64,000 nucleotides of DNA from an uncultured Methanomicrobiales archaeon (GTDB lineage: Archaea > Halobacteriota > Methanomicrobia > Methanomicrobiales > Methanospirillaceae): NCBI GenBank assembly GCA_963758915.1, contig CAVWXH010000016.1, forward strand, positions 64,001 to 128,000. Direction: 5' to 3'. Positions within the stretch are counted from its first letter, which is position 1. The number at the start of each line of letters is the position of its first letter. Positions 1 through 10,651 of the stretch are shown piece by piece. The notes under the pieces are model-generated. The model ran no database searches. It had not been told where the DNA came from and was given only the letters and a program-made list of their open reading frames with translations. The translations under genes were made by a program, and so were the position numbers.

Positions 1-1072
1 CCGCCTCGAGGATCTTCTGGTAGAATTCACGTTGTTCAGGTGGGACTGATTTCGGGACGACAATTTTAAGCCTTACCAGGAGATCGCCTGGTTTTCCCCT
101 TCTTTTTACGCCTTCGGCGGGTATTTTCAGGGCGGTATTATGCTGTACTCCTGCCGGTATTGAAAGGTCCACGTGCTTATTATCGATTGTCTCAATCGTT
201 TCCGAAGAACCAAGAACTGCCTGGGCAGGACTTATTTCTAAGGTTGTTTCGAGTGTATCACCGGTACGGATGAACCGGTTATGCGCCCGGACATGAACCT
301 CGATGAAGAGGTCACCACTAGGTGCCCCGGTGTCGCCCGCTTCGCCATACCCCTCCATCCGGAGACGCATACCGGTATCGATACCCGCCGGGAAATGGAC
401 CGACAATGTCCTTTTAACCCTGTTATGACCGCTCCCTTTGCATTCGGGGCATTTCTTCTCTGCTACCCTTCCACGGCCCATGCATTCGTTACAGGTAGTC
501 ATCCGGACAAACTGGCCGAAAACAGTCTGGCTCATCTGCTGGAGCTGGCCTGACCCGTTGCATCTCTTACAGGTATGGAGTTTTTTTGTCTCGCTTCCGG
601 TACCATTGCATGCAGGGCAGGGCTCGTTGTGCATGAGCTGTACCTCTTTATCGGTGCCGGCAACTGCCTCTTCCAGGGATATCTGCATCCGCATCAGGAC
701 ATCGTTACCTGACTGCGGGCCTCTCGGGCCCCTCGCCCCGCCATACGACCCGCCGAAGAAATCAAAGATATCGCCGAAGCCCGAAAAGTCTGCAGAGAAA
801 CCTCCCGCATGGGGGCCCCCTGCCCCGGAATACTGGCCTTTCGAGGCGTTGGTGAAGTTGGTATGACCGAGCTGATCGTACTGGGACTTTTTCTGCGAAT
901 CGGAGAGGACGCTATATGCCTCGTTTATCTCTTTGAACTTCTCTTCTGCGCCGGGTTCCTTGCACACATCGGGGTGATATTTTCGCGCAAGGTTGCGGTA
1001 GGCTTTTTTGATCTCTTTGTCATCGGCAGTCCTCGATACCCCAAGGACTTCGTAGTAGTCGCCAGCACCCAT
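1..1072 (-). CDS. dnaJ: Molecular chaperone DnaJ (3' end runs off the window)
   Basis: Read manually on the minus strand: [12 protein letters not shown].. J-domain start at 1072, G/F-rich region and zinc-finger repeats CPACNGTG and CKRCNGSG. Directly downstream of dnaK. Absent from the ORF track because it has no stop in the window. Confidence 0.95.
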   Translation of the reverse strand, partial: MGAGDYYEVLGVSRTADDKEIKKAYRNLARKYHPDVCKEPGAEEKFKEINEAYSVLSDSQKKSQYDQLGHTNFTNASKGQYSGAGGPHAGGFSADFSGFGDIFDFFGGSYGGARGPRGPQSGNDVLMRMQISLEEAVAGTDKEVQLMHNEPCPACNGTGSETKKLHTCKRCNGSGQLQQMSQTVFGQFVRMTTCNECMGRGRVAEKKCPECKGSGHNRVKRTLSVHFPAGIDTGMRLRMEGYGEAGDTGAPSGDLFIEVHVRAHNRFIRTGDTLETTLEISPAQAVLGSSETIETIDNKHVDLSIPAGVQHNTALKIPAEGVKRRGKPGDLLVRLKIVVPKSVPPEQREFYQKILEA

Positions 1073-1078
1073 CTGCGC

Positions 1079-2929
1079 TCACTCTTCTTTCATCTTATAA
1101 TCTGCATCAACAACATTATCTTCTGGTTTTTTCTCTTCACTGCCGGCACCCTGGCTTCCTGCTGCAGATGCCGTTTCCTGCTGTTCCTGCTGGATCTTCT
1201 GGTAAATCTTAGCCGTGACTGCATATACAGCTTCGGTGAGCGTGTCCATTTTACTCTTTATTTCATCGGTTGAATCGTCCTCGAGTGCCTTCCGGAGCGC
1301 TGCAACGCCTTCCTCAACCTTGACTTTATCTTCCGGTTCGATCTTGTCTGCGCTGTCTTTTAACATTTTTTCTGCGGTAAAGATCGCTGTATCAGCGGTG
1401 TTCCGGACTTCAATTTCCTCTTTCTTCTTTTTGTCCTCTTCCTCGAATTTTTTCGATTCATTGACGTATCGCTTTATCTCATCTTCTGAGAGCTTTTTGT
1501 CGCCCTTGATGGTAATGGCCTGCTGGTTTCCGGTACCAAGGTCTTTTGCCGATACATGGATGATACCATTTGCATCGATATCGAAGGTGACTTCAATTTG
1601 CGGTAACCCACGCTGCGCCGGCGGGATACCGGTAAGCTGGAACCGTCCGAGGGGGAGGTTATCCTTGGCAAGTGCCCGCTCACCCTGCACGACATGGATC
1701 TCGACACTGGTCTGACCATCGGCAGCGGTTGAAAAGATCTGGCTTTTCCTTGTTGGGATCGTCGTGTTCCTCTCGATAAGCTTGGTCGCAATACCCCCCA
1801 GTGTCTCGATACCGAGGGTGAGCGGGGTGACATCCAGAAGGACGATATCTTTTGTTTCGCCGGTGAGTACCGCTCCCTGGATTGCAGCCCCCAGGGCGAC
1901 GCATTCATCAGGGTTAATCCCTTTATCCGGCTCTTTTCCGAGGATTTTACGGACCGTTTCAACAACAAGTGGTACTCTTGTTGATCCACCCACCAACAGC
2001 ACATGATCGATTTTATCGGGTGTAAGATTCGCATCAGAAAGGGCCTGTTTTACCGGTCCCACTGTGGATTCCACCAGGTCACCGATCAGTTGCTCGAGTT
2101 TTGACCGGGTCAGGTCAATATCAAGGAACTTGGGACCGTTCGCCCCGGTCGTGATGTAGGGGAGGTTGATGTTCGTCTTCTGCTTCTGTGAAAGTTCAAT
2201 TTTTGCATTTTCAGCCGCGTCACGTAGCCGCTGCGTGGCAATCGGATCTTTAAGAAGGTCGACCCCTTCTTTCTTTTTGAACTCATCAGCGAGGTAGTTC
2301 ATGACCCTCATGTCAAAGTCGTCACCACCAAGGTGGTTATTACCTGCCGTTGATTTTACTTCGAATACTCCGTCACCGAGAGCCAGGATGGACACATCAA
2401 AGGTCCCGCCACCCAGATCGTATACCAGGACTGTTGTGTCCTGTTCCTTGTCTATTCCATAGGCAAGTGCGCTGGCAGTCGGTTCATTTATTATTCGCAT
2501 TACCTCGAGCCCGGCGATCCTCCCTGCGTCCTTCGTTGCCTGCCGTTGTGCATCGTTGAAGTAAGCAGGAACGGTAATAACTGCTTTTGTGATCTTCTCA
2601 CCGAGGTACGCCTCAGCATCGACTTTCAGTTTCTGCAGGATCATAGCAGAGATTTCCTGTGGTGAGAACGACTTGTCGTCGATGGTAACCCGTTCTCCCG
2701 ACCCCATTTTTCTTTTAATCGACTGGATGGTCCGTTGTGGGTTTGTTACAGCCTGCCTTTTTGCGAGGCTCCCGACAATCCGTTCACCGTCCTTGGTGAA
2801 CGCAACAACTGATGATGTAGTCCTTGCTCCTTCTGCGTTCGGAATGACCACCGGTTTTCCGGCCTCGATGATTGCCATGCAGGAAAACGTGGTCCCGAGG
2901 TCAATACCTAAAATTTTTTCATGTGCCAT
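1079..2929 (-). CDS. dnaK: Molecular chaperone DnaK (Hsp70)
   Basis: [21 protein letters not shown] and [10 protein letters not shown] motifs; 616 aa. Confidence 0.99.
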   Translation of the reverse strand: MAHEKILGIDLGTTFSCMAIIEAGKPVVIPNAEGARTTSSVVAFTKDGERIVGSLAKRQAVTNPQRTIQSIKRKMGSGERVTIDDKSFSPQEISAMILQKLKVDAEAYLGEKITKAVITVPAYFNDAQRQATKDAGRIAGLEVMRIINEPTASALAYGIDKEQDTTVLVYDLGGGTFDVSILALGDGVFEVKSTAGNNHLGGDDFDMRVMNYLADEFKKKEGVDLLKDPIATQRLRDAAENAKIELSQKQKTNINLPYITTGANGPKFLDIDLTRSKLEQLIGDLVESTVGPVKQALSDANLTPDKIDHVLLVGGSTRVPLVVETVRKILGKEPDKGINPDECVALGAAIQGAVLTGETKDIVLLDVTPLTLGIETLGGIATKLIERNTTIPTRKSQIFSTAADGQTSVEIHVVQGERALAKDNLPLGRFQLTGIPPAQRGLPQIEVTFDIDANGIIHVSAKDLGTGNQQAITIKGDKKLSEDEIKRYVNESKKFEEEDKKKKEEIEVRNTADTAIFTAEKMLKDSADKIEPEDKVKVEEGVAALRKALEDDSTDEIKSKMDTLTEAVYAVTAKIYQKIQQEQQETASAAGSQGAGSEEKKPEDNVVDADYKMKEE

Positions 2930-2934
2930 GATTA

Positions 2935-3495
2935 CTACTCCTTACCTTTTGAAACTGCAACTTTTGCGCATCTGACAATTTTGTCATGCATCCGGTATCC
3001 TTTACAAAACTCTTCGATTACCATTCCTTCCTCCTTTTCTGAAGGGATGCATACAACCGCCTCATGTTCGGCCGGGTTGAATTTCTCCCCTACTGATACT
3101 ACCGGGGTAATCCCGTGTTGTTCAAGGAGGGTCTGGAACAGCTTACTGATCTGTTCAAGACCTTCCCGGGTCTTGGAATTCTCTGAATTAATTGCACGGT
3201 CAAAATTATCGATCACCTCGATCAATTCAACAGCAAATTTTTCTATAGCATACCTGATGTGAGTGTCAAGGTCGCGCTCAGTCCGTTTCCGGTAATTATC
3301 GAAATCGGCCGCGAGACGGAGATACTTTTCATTCTGTTCCCTCAGTTCTTCCCGCAGGGGGTCGGTACCGGGATCAGTATTGATCTGATCCATTCCGGCC
3401 GTGTGTTCCGGAATAACGGTGCCAAAACCTCTTGCCGGATCTCCCGTTTCCCCATCGATATGCGCTTTTCCTCTCTCTCCATTCATGTGTGCCAT
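2935..3495 (-). CDS. grpE: Nucleotide exchange factor GrpE
   Basis: [26 protein letters not shown] and [11 protein letters not shown] motifs; upstream of dnaK. Confidence 0.97.
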   Translation of the reverse strand: MAHMNGERGKAHIDGETGDPARGFGTVIPEHTAGMDQINTDPGTDPLREELREQNEKYLRLAADFDNYRKRTERDLDTHIRYAIEKFAVELIEVIDNFDRAINSENSKTREGLEQISKLFQTLLEQHGITPVVSVGEKFNPAEHEAVVCIPSEKEEGMVIEEFCKGYRMHDKIVRCAKVAVSKGKE

Positions 3496-3522
3496 ATAAC
3501 GGTCTATTATCTATTGCATTGT

Positions 3523-3540
3523 AGTTCTATATATAACTAA
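3523..3540 (-). promoter_or_regulatory. Putative TATA-box promoter of grpE-dnaK-dnaJ
   Basis: TTATATATAGAAC on the minus strand about 30-40 nt upstream of the grpE ATG. A similar motif lies upstream of the thermosome gene. Confidence 0.55.
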
Positions 3541-3818
3541 CTCATAAGACAAACGAATAATCATGCTTGTTTTTAAATTTCAATCATTTAAATTGGTTGG
3601 ATTCATATAATCTGTAAAAGGGTGTAAAATAACCGCGCAGCGTGGGCTCTACCCTGAATGCTGGTAGTAATAAAAATGAAAAGGGCCTCTCTACGGATAA
3701 ATTCGTCCAAAAGAATTCCTGCTTGCCCTTCCTGTATAACGAGGAGCATAACCTGTCGATAGTGACAGGACCCGCTGTCCAATACTGTCATAACTGCTGA
3801 CGTACTTATACTGTCTCT

Positions 3819-5303
3819 ATGAAATGGGCACTGCTCTCTGTGTGGGATAAAAGCGGGATTATTGAACTTGCAACCGTACTTCATGAACATGAAGTTGGAA
3901 TCATGAGTTCAGGAGGGACCGGGAAAACGCTGTCCGAAGCCGGCATTCCATTCACGGAAGTTTCATCATACACAGGTTACCCCGAGATGATGGACGGGCG
4001 GGTTAAAACACTCCACCCGCGTGTCCATGGCGGTCTTCTTGGACGTCGGGGGATTGACGATGTAGTGATGCAGGCCCATGGGATCCACCCGATTGACCTA
4101 CTCGTGGTGAACCTTTACCCGTTCGAAGAAATGTCCGGGAAGGACCTTCCTCTTGAACAGTTGATCGAGTATATAGATGTCGGGGGTCCGGCAATGATCC
4201 GGGCTGCCGCGAAAAATTACCGGGATGTAGCGGTCGTTGTCGACCCTGGTGATTACCCGCTGGTGGAAAAGGCTGTTCTTTCCGGGGCATTCACGGATAC
4301 GGAGCGGATAACGCTTGCAAAAAAGGCCTTTTCACGTACTGCCGCGTATGACGCATCGATAAGCAATTATCTCCACACCGATGGAAAAAAATTCCCTGAT
4401 GTTTATACGGTCCAGTTCCGGAACGGGCGTCCGCTCAGGTATGGCGAGAACCCTCACCAGGAGGCCGCTATCTATGGGTGCACAGGTATCGCTTCAGCGG
4501 AACCATTCCAGGGAAAACAGATGTCTTATAATAATTACCTGGACCTGAATGCAGCATCAGGTCTCCTTTATGAGTTTGATGAGCCCTGTGCTGTAATAAT
4601 GAAACATAATAATCCCTGCGGGGTGGCTGTCGCCGGCACGGTAGCTGAAGCATACCGGAACGCACGGGATACAGACCCGGTATCTGCTTATGGATCGGTC
4701 GTTGCATTGAACCGCCCGGTTGATGAACCCCTTGCAAAAGAATTTTGTGCCACGTTTGTCGAGGTCCTTTGTGCTCCGGCCTTTACACGGGGTGCCCTTG
4801 AATTATTAAAAACAAAGGAGAATATGAGGGTTATCCATCTGCCAGACCCCGTCGTCCAGGATGAAATAAGGACAATCGCAGGTGGTATCCTGGTCCAGCG
4901 TACACCGCCGTACCAGGAGCACTGGGAGACGGTATCAGACCGGGACCCCTCTGCGGATGAGATGTCGGCGTTGAATTTTGCCTGGAAGGTCGTTAAGCAT
5001 ACCCGGAGTAATGCCATCATATTCGCAGGCCGGGGAAAAACCATCGGTATCGGTGCCGGACAGATGAGCAGGGTCGATGCGGCAAAAATTGCTATCGATA
5101 AAGCCCTTTCCCCGCTTAATGGCTCCGCAGTTGCATCTGATGCGTTTCTCCCGTTCCCTGATACTCTCGAAGTGGCAGTAAAGGCAGGTGCTACTGCGCT
5201 CGTGCAGCCGGGTGGATCGATCCGGGACAAGGAAGTAATTGATGCGGCAAATCACCACAATATTGCGATGATATTCACCGGGATACGTTATTTCAGGCAT
5301 TGA
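3819..5303 (+). CDS. purH: Bifunctional AICAR formyltransferase/IMP cyclohydrolase
   Basis: GRVKTLHP, IDVGGPAMIRAAAKN, LRYGENPHQ, KHNNPCG, GAGQMSRVD and QPGGSIRD motifs. Confidence 0.97.
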   Translation: MKWALLSVWDKSGIIELATVLHEHEVGIMSSGGTGKTLSEAGIPFTEVSSYTGYPEMMDGRVKTLHPRVHGGLLGRRGIDDVVMQAHGIHPIDLLVVNLYPFEEMSGKDLPLEQLIEYIDVGGPAMIRAAAKNYRDVAVVVDPGDYPLVEKAVLSGAFTDTERITLAKKAFSRTAAYDASISNYLHTDGKKFPDVYTVQFRNGRPLRYGENPHQEAAIYGCTGIASAEPFQGKQMSYNNYLDLNAASGLLYEFDEPCAVIMKHNNPCGVAVAGTVAEAYRNARDTDPVSAYGSVVALNRPVDEPLAKEFCATFVEVLCAPAFTRGALELLKTKENMRVIHLPDPVVQDEIRTIAGGILVQRTPPYQEHWETVSDRDPSADEMSALNFAWKVVKHTRSNAIIFAGRGKTIGIGAGQMSRVDAAKIAIDKALSPLNGSAVASDAFLPFPDTLEVAVKAGATALVQPGGSIRDKEVIDAANHHNIAMIFTGIRYFRH

Positions 5304-5461
5304 ACCGGTTCAATCCGCTCCCTCTTTTTAATGGTTTACAAAACATAAGTCTGCGCGGTTTTAGAAAAAAGCATGGTGGAAAGGCGAACCAGGATTATTG
5401 CGAACAACCTCCGGTTTTATTGGGACACTATTAATTTCACATACGAACAACTCAACCACGT

Positions 5462-6202
5462 ATGGTGATATCTATGGATTATGGGAAAATGCTACAGGAT
5501 TCCTATACCTATGCAAAAGATGCGGTGTGGGGCAAATGGGAACGATGGCTTCTCCTTCTGATGAGTGTTGTGGTATTTCCACTGATAATCGGGTACATCG
5601 CAAAGATCTATCGCGGAGATCAACCCGCACCAAAATTTGAAGAAGGCGGGCTTTTTATTTTGGGCCTTAAACTCATTTTTGCAGGGCTGATCTATGCGAT
5701 TCCCGTTATTGCGGTGCTGTTGGTTACGATTTTCTATGCGATGGTCAATTTCATGCCCTATATTATCATGGGGAACCCCGCGTACATTTTCAACAACATG
5801 GACAAGTTTGTCGGTGTTCTCCTTGGTATCGGTATCGGACTGCTGATTACCGGGATTCTCGCCATAATCATCTCGTTCATTTCCACGATTGCCCTGATAA
5901 GGCTCGTAAAAGAAGGTAAGTTTTCTGAGGCATTCAATTTTGGTGCCGTTATGCAGACAATCCGGTCAATTGGCTGGGGTCGTTACATTGTTGCAATGAT
6001 TATCTACTGGGTAATCAGCATAATTTTCTTTGGTGTCATTGAGCTTCTTAACCTGATACCAATAGCAGGTATGGCCATTTACTGGCTGGTTTATATTATT
6101 GTGCTGGTGCCGTTCATTGTATTCTCGGCAAGGTACGTCACCCTGGTCTATGAAAGCGCCATACCGGAAATTCCGGATACTCCATCGGAACTTCCCGGAT
6201 AA
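5462..6202 (+). CDS. DUF4013-like membrane protein
   Basis: Multi-TM protein; N-terminal DYGKMLQDSYTYAKD..W and AFNFGAV pattern typical of DUF4013 in methanogens. Confidence 0.75.
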   Translation: MVISMDYGKMLQDSYTYAKDAVWGKWERWLLLLMSVVVFPLIIGYIAKIYRGDQPAPKFEEGGLFILGLKLIFAGLIYAIPVIAVLLVTIFYAMVNFMPYIIMGNPAYIFNNMDKFVGVLLGIGIGLLITGILAIIISFISTIALIRLVKEGKFSEAFNFGAVMQTIRSIGWGRYIVAMIIYWVISIIFFGVIELLNLIPIAGMAIYWLVYIIVLVPFIVFSARYVTLVYESAIPEIPDTPSELPG

Positions 6203-6352
6203 ATCGTATTTTTTAAATGTAACCGATAATTGCAGACATTTGATAAGCAACTGTGAAAAAATCCCAAATTTAACCAGAGATTTTAAATAATCCTGCCACA
6301 ATTCTCTATTGTGGTGGAACTTCCATGACAGATCGTTTTATTTGTTGAAAAT

Positions 6353-7840
6353 TTGCGTTTTTTTGATACGACCTTACGGGACGGGGAACAAACACCCGGC
6401 GTCTCGCTCGAACCGCATGAGAAACTCCAGATCGCGGAAAAACTCTCCTCAATCGGTGTTGATGTAATCGAAGCCGGTTCAGCGGCTGCATCGGCCGGCG
6501 AATGCGAGGCAATCCGCCTGATATCCGATGCAGGGCTGAGTGCAGAATGCTGCACCTATGTCAGGGCCATGCAGGGTGATATCGACCTTGCCGCTGATTA
6601 TGGAGCCGACTCGGTACACCTCGTGATACCGGTAAGTGACCTTCACATCCAGAAGAAGCTCCGGAAGACCCGGTCTGATGTACTCAGGATGGCCTATGAT
6701 GCAGTCGAATATGCAAAGGAACGGGGCCTGATTGTTGAATTATCCGGTGAAGACGCATCTCGAGCCGATCCTGAATTCCTGCTCGAGGTATACAGGGGTG
6801 GCGTTGAGCGGGGTGCAGACCGCCTTTGTTTCTGTGATACGGTAGGTCTCCTGACACCGGAGAAGACTGCCCTGCTGATCCCACCGTTGTGTATTGCACC
6901 GCTATCAATCCATTGCCATAACGATCTCGGGTTTGCGCTGGCGAATACCTTTGCAGCACTGAAGGCAGGTGCAAGCTGCGCCCATGTTACAGTAAACGGA
7001 CTGGGGGAGCGGGCAGGTAACACGGCATTTGAAGAGCTTGTAATGGCGCTGGAAGTCCTGTACGATTACCGGACATCGGTTGTGACGAATGAGATCTACC
7101 ATCTCTCTACCCTGGTCTCAAAACTTACCGGGGTAGCGTTACCGGTGAACAAGGCGATCGTCGGGGAGATGGCATTCACCCATGAAAGTGGTATTCATGC
7201 ACATGGTGTGCTTCGTGAACCGTCAACATATGAATCAGTGAAACCAGAACAGATCGGTCGTAAACGACGTATCGTCCTTGGAAAACATTCAGGTTCCGCA
7301 TCGGTTGGTGCAGCACTGAGCGAGATGAATTACCAGCCTGAAGAAAAACAATTGAAAGAGATCGTAAAAAGGATCAAGGTACTTGGCGATGAAGGCAAAC
7401 GGATTACCGATACCGACCTGATGACCATCGCCGATGCCGTGATGGCAATTGAATGCAGGCCTGTGCTCAGGATGAAACAATTCACGGTGGTTTCAGGGAG
7501 CAATGTAATCCCGACCGCATCGGTCACCCTCATCGTTCACAACGAGGAAATTACCAGTGCTGCGACAGGGACCGGGCCAGTTGACGCTGCCATGGAAGCA
7601 CTAAGAAAATCTGTTGCTGATGTTGCTGACATCAGGCTTGAAGAGTACCATGTAGACGCAATCAGCGGTGGAACGGACGCGCTTGTCGATGTAACGGTAA
7701 GGTTAAGTAAAGACGGAAAGATAATTACGTCACGAGGCGCCCGTACCGATATCATCATGGCAAGTGTGGAAGCGGTGATCGCCGGAATGAACAGGTTATT
7801 GAGGGAAGAGAATGAAAACCGGAGCAAAACTCCTGATTGA
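6353..7840 (+). CDS. cimA: (R)-citramalate synthase / 2-isopropylmalate synthase family
   Basis: DTTLRDGEQ, HCHND, GERAGN, HESGIH motifs and a LeuA-type regulatory domain; clustered with ilvBN. The true start may be ATG 6325 via a +1 indel. Confidence 0.8.
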   Translation: MRFFDTTLRDGEQTPGVSLEPHEKLQIAEKLSSIGVDVIEAGSAAASAGECEAIRLISDAGLSAECCTYVRAMQGDIDLAADYGADSVHLVIPVSDLHIQKKLRKTRSDVLRMAYDAVEYAKERGLIVELSGEDASRADPEFLLEVYRGGVERGADRLCFCDTVGLLTPEKTALLIPPLCIAPLSIHCHNDLGFALANTFAALKAGASCAHVTVNGLGERAGNTAFEELVMALEVLYDYRTSVVTNEIYHLSTLVSKLTGVALPVNKAIVGEMAFTHESGIHAHGVLREPSTYESVKPEQIGRKRRIVLGKHSGSASVGAALSEMNYQPEEKQLKEIVKRIKVLGDEGKRITDTDLMTIADAVMAIECRPVLRMKQFTVVSGSNVIPTASVTLIVHNEEITSAATGTGPVDAAMEALRKSVADVADIRLEEYHVDAISGGTDALVDVTVRLSKDGKIITSRGARTDIIMASVEAVIAGMNRLLREENENRSKTPD

Positions 7841-9485
7841 AGGACTGCAGCGCGAAGGGGTGGAGACGATATTCGGCTACCCCGGCGGTGTAGTGTTGCC
7901 GATATATGATGAACTCTATGATTCACCATTGAGGCACATCCTGGTACGGCATGAACAGGCAGCCGCCCACGCAGCCGATGGCTACGCACGGGCAAGCGGT
8001 CGTGTCGGTGTATGCCTTGCCACATCAGGTCCCGGGGCCTGTAACCTGGTGACGGGTATTGCGACCGCCTACATGGATTCTATCCCCATCGTTGCTATTA
8101 CCGGTCAGGTCCCGACATCGTTGCTTGGAAATGACGCGTTCCAGGAGTCCGATATTACCGGCATTACAATGCCGGTGACAAAACACAATTACCTCGTGAA
8201 ACGGGCATCGGACCTGCCCCGGATCCTCCAGGAAGCATTTTATATTGCGGGGACCGGCAGGCCCGGACCGGTATTGATTGATATACCGAAGGATGTAAGT
8301 ACCGGGACCGTGGAAACTGAGCCTCCCAGGGTGGAGACGGTCAGTCTCCGTGGTTACCAGCCAACCTACAAGGGCCACCAGAGACAGATGGACCGGGCTA
8401 TAGAAATGCTTACGCTTGCTGAACGACCGCTCATATATGCCGGTGGCGGGGTGATCCTTTCCAATGCGTCTGAAGAGCTGGTGCGTTTTGCTGAGCAGAT
8501 GATGATCCCGATCACCACAACCCTGATGGGTCTTGGTGCAGTGCCCGGCGACCACCCGCTGAACCTCGGTATGCTCGGGATGCACGGGACCGAGTTCGCC
8601 AATTTTGCTGTCACAGAATGTGACCTCCTTATAGCAATCGGGGTCAGGTTTGATGACAGGGTTACCGGAAAGCTCGACACCTTTGCCCCACATGCGAAGA
8701 TCATTCATATCGATATCGACCCGGCAGAGATAGGGAAAAACAAGAAGGTCGATGTGCCTATCGTCGGCGATGTGAGGAATATCCTCGGGGAGATGGTAAT
8801 AAAACTGCAAAAGACGGGACATTACCAGACCTGGCATGAAAAAATAAAAGGCTGGAAGAAAAAGCACCCCCTCCGTTACAAGGACGACGGGAAACTAAGG
8901 CCCCAGTATATCCTCCAGCAGCTATCATCACTGCTGGAAAGCGATGACATCATTGTATCGGAAGTCGGCCAGAACCAGATGTGGACAGCCCAGTACTACT
9001 CTTTCCGGAAACCAAGGACCTGGATCACATCCGGGGGGCTCGGGACGATGGGGTACGGGCTGCCGGCATCGATGGGGGTGCACTATGCACGGCCGGACAG
9101 GACTGTCTTTGATATTGCAGGAGACGGGAGTATCCAGATGAATATCCAGGAGCTGGGGACAATAGCCCAGTATAAAATCCCGGTGAAAATCGCCATCCTC
9201 AATAACCAGTACCTCGGGATGGTCAGGCAGTGGCAGGAGCTGTTCTATGACCGGAGGTACTCGTTTACCGAACTGCCGTCAGTGGACTTTGTGAAAATTG
9301 CGCAGGCCTATGGAATTGACGGGATACGGGTAGAGTCCCGGGATGAAGTGTCGTCTGCACTGAAGACTGCAATTAACACTCCCGGGCCATTTATGCTTGA
9401 TTTCAGGATTGAACGGGAAGAAAACGTGTTTCCGATAGTACCCCCGGGTGCAGCCAATAACGAGATGATAGGAGGTAACAGCTGA
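7812..9485 (+). CDS. ilvB: Acetolactate synthase large subunit
   Basis: FGYPGG, RHEQ, GVRFDDRVTG and ThDP motif GDGS..NN. Confidence 0.97.
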   Translation: MKTGAKLLIEGLQREGVETIFGYPGGVVLPIYDELYDSPLRHILVRHEQAAAHAADGYARASGRVGVCLATSGPGACNLVTGIATAYMDSIPIVAITGQVPTSLLGNDAFQESDITGITMPVTKHNYLVKRASDLPRILQEAFYIAGTGRPGPVLIDIPKDVSTGTVETEPPRVETVSLRGYQPTYKGHQRQMDRAIEMLTLAERPLIYAGGGVILSNASEELVRFAEQMMIPITTTLMGLGAVPGDHPLNLGMLGMHGTEFANFAVTECDLLIAIGVRFDDRVTGKLDTFAPHAKIIHIDIDPAEIGKNKKVDVPIVGDVRNILGEMVIKLQKTGHYQTWHEKIKGWKKKHPLRYKDDGKLRPQYILQQLSSLLESDDIIVSEVGQNQMWTAQYYSFRKPRTWITSGGLGTMGYGLPASMGVHYARPDRTVFDIAGDGSIQMNIQELGTIAQYKIPVKIAILNNQYLGMVRQWQELFYDRRYSFTELPSVDFVKIAQAYGIDGIRVESRDEVSSALKTAINTPGPFMLDFRIEREENVFPIVPPGAANNEMIGGNS

Positions 9486-9988
9486 TGAAACCGCATACCC
9501 TCTCGATCCTCGTTGAGAACCGGGCCGGGGTGCTCTCACGCGTGACCGGGCTGTTCTCCCGGCGTGGTTTTAATATCGAGAGCCTTGCAGTCGGCACCTG
9601 TGAGGAGGCGGGGATGAGCCGGATCACCATTGTATGTATTGGTGACGATGCAGAGATCGAACAGGTGATGAAACAGCTGAACAAGCTCATCGATGTTATC
9701 AAGGTGTCAGATCTTACCGACAACGAGCGTGTTGAACGGGAACTCGCGATGATCAAGGTGAACGCGGACTCCGGGACAACCCGGAGTGAAATCATGCAGA
9801 TTGCCCAGATATTCCGTGCGCAGATCATTGACATGGGCACAAAGACTCTTGTGCTTCAGATTACGGGAAACACCGAGAAGATTGACGCCCTTGAAACCCT
9901 GCTCCGCCAGTACGGGGTAAAAGAACTGGTCCGGACGGGCAAAATCGGTATTCTAAGAGGTTCTAAAACCGTTAAAAGCGGAAAATGA
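9485..9988 (+). CDS. ilvN: Acetolactate synthase small regulatory subunit
   Basis: ACT domain ENRAGVLSRVTGLFSRRGFNIESL; TGATG overlap with ilvB. Confidence 0.96.
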   Translation: MKPHTLSILVENRAGVLSRVTGLFSRRGFNIESLAVGTCEEAGMSRITIVCIGDDAEIEQVMKQLNKLIDVIKVSDLTDNERVERELAMIKVNADSGTTRSEIMQIAQIFRAQIIDMGTKTLVLQITGNTEKIDALETLLRQYGVKELVRTGKIGILRGSKTVKSGK

Positions 9989-10071
9989 TCACATTTTTTG
10001 GGATTTTCTGGATCTGCCAAAATTTTTCCTATCATTAAATCAGAAAAGTATTTTTTTGTCATGAACTCAGT

Positions 10072-10140
10072 CAGACATGAGGGGACTTCAGCCCCTTCCC
10101 TGCGTCCCATCACTAATTAAGGATATTCAATGGGGGCGTT
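10072..10140 (+). repeat. Degenerate fragment of the intergenic repeat family (hairpin core)
   Basis: gacatgaggggacttcagccccttccctgcgtcccat..taaggatattc resembles the core at 10243-10285. Confidence 0.55.
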
Positions 10141-10183
10141 GTTCCTCAATTTTTTTGTATTTTTGTTCTGTCGAAATTCCTGC

Positions 10184-10446
10184 GGTCTTGTTGAAATCCT
10201 ATACGAATAAAAAAATTAGACGGAACTACGAAGACAGGAGGGGGTTTCACCCCCTCCCTGCCCCACCCCCGTTAAGATATTCTTCGGACAGGGTTTTGGC
10301 GAAGGTTCAGTTAAATTCAGAGTATTGGTGGATATCTCTATCCCAACCGGGGCCGCCAAAGCGGCGGGGCGGAGCCCCGTAAGCGTGACAAAATTTTGGA
10401 ATACCCTCTTCATCAAGATAGATTTGAGAGCATGCCAACAGAGCCC
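10184..10446 (+). mobile_element. MITE-like repeat, short form (~263 bp)
   Basis: Ends ggtcttgttgaaa / gccaacagagccc form an imperfect inverted repeat. Highly similar to 38881-39147 and 45089-45260. Hairpins GGAGGGGG-TTTCA-CCCCCTCC, GCCGC-CAAA-GCGGC and GGGGC-GGA-GCCCC. Confidence 0.75.
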
Positions 10447-10651
10447 TAAAAATCAGTAACATTCGGCTAAGAGGATTTCTACCAGGCCTGCTTTTTCTCT
10501 AAATATCTGGAACTGCAGCCAGAAGCGTCGCAAATTGAGCCTGACCATGGTGAATCTTTTTATCCCTGCGAAGTGCCCCGGGCCTGTCAGGAAGGACCGG
10601 TCCCGACCATGATGGTCAATCATATAAATCGTGGCCACTTACTAATAAGAA

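Noticed and set aside
281-1273. Plus-strand ORFs 281-553, 438-866 and 809-1273
   Set aside because: They are antisense shadows of dnaJ/dnaK.
3819-5303. Bacterial-type purH and dnaK system in an archaeon as a novelty
   Set aside because: These are well-known ancient acquisitions in Methanomicrobia.
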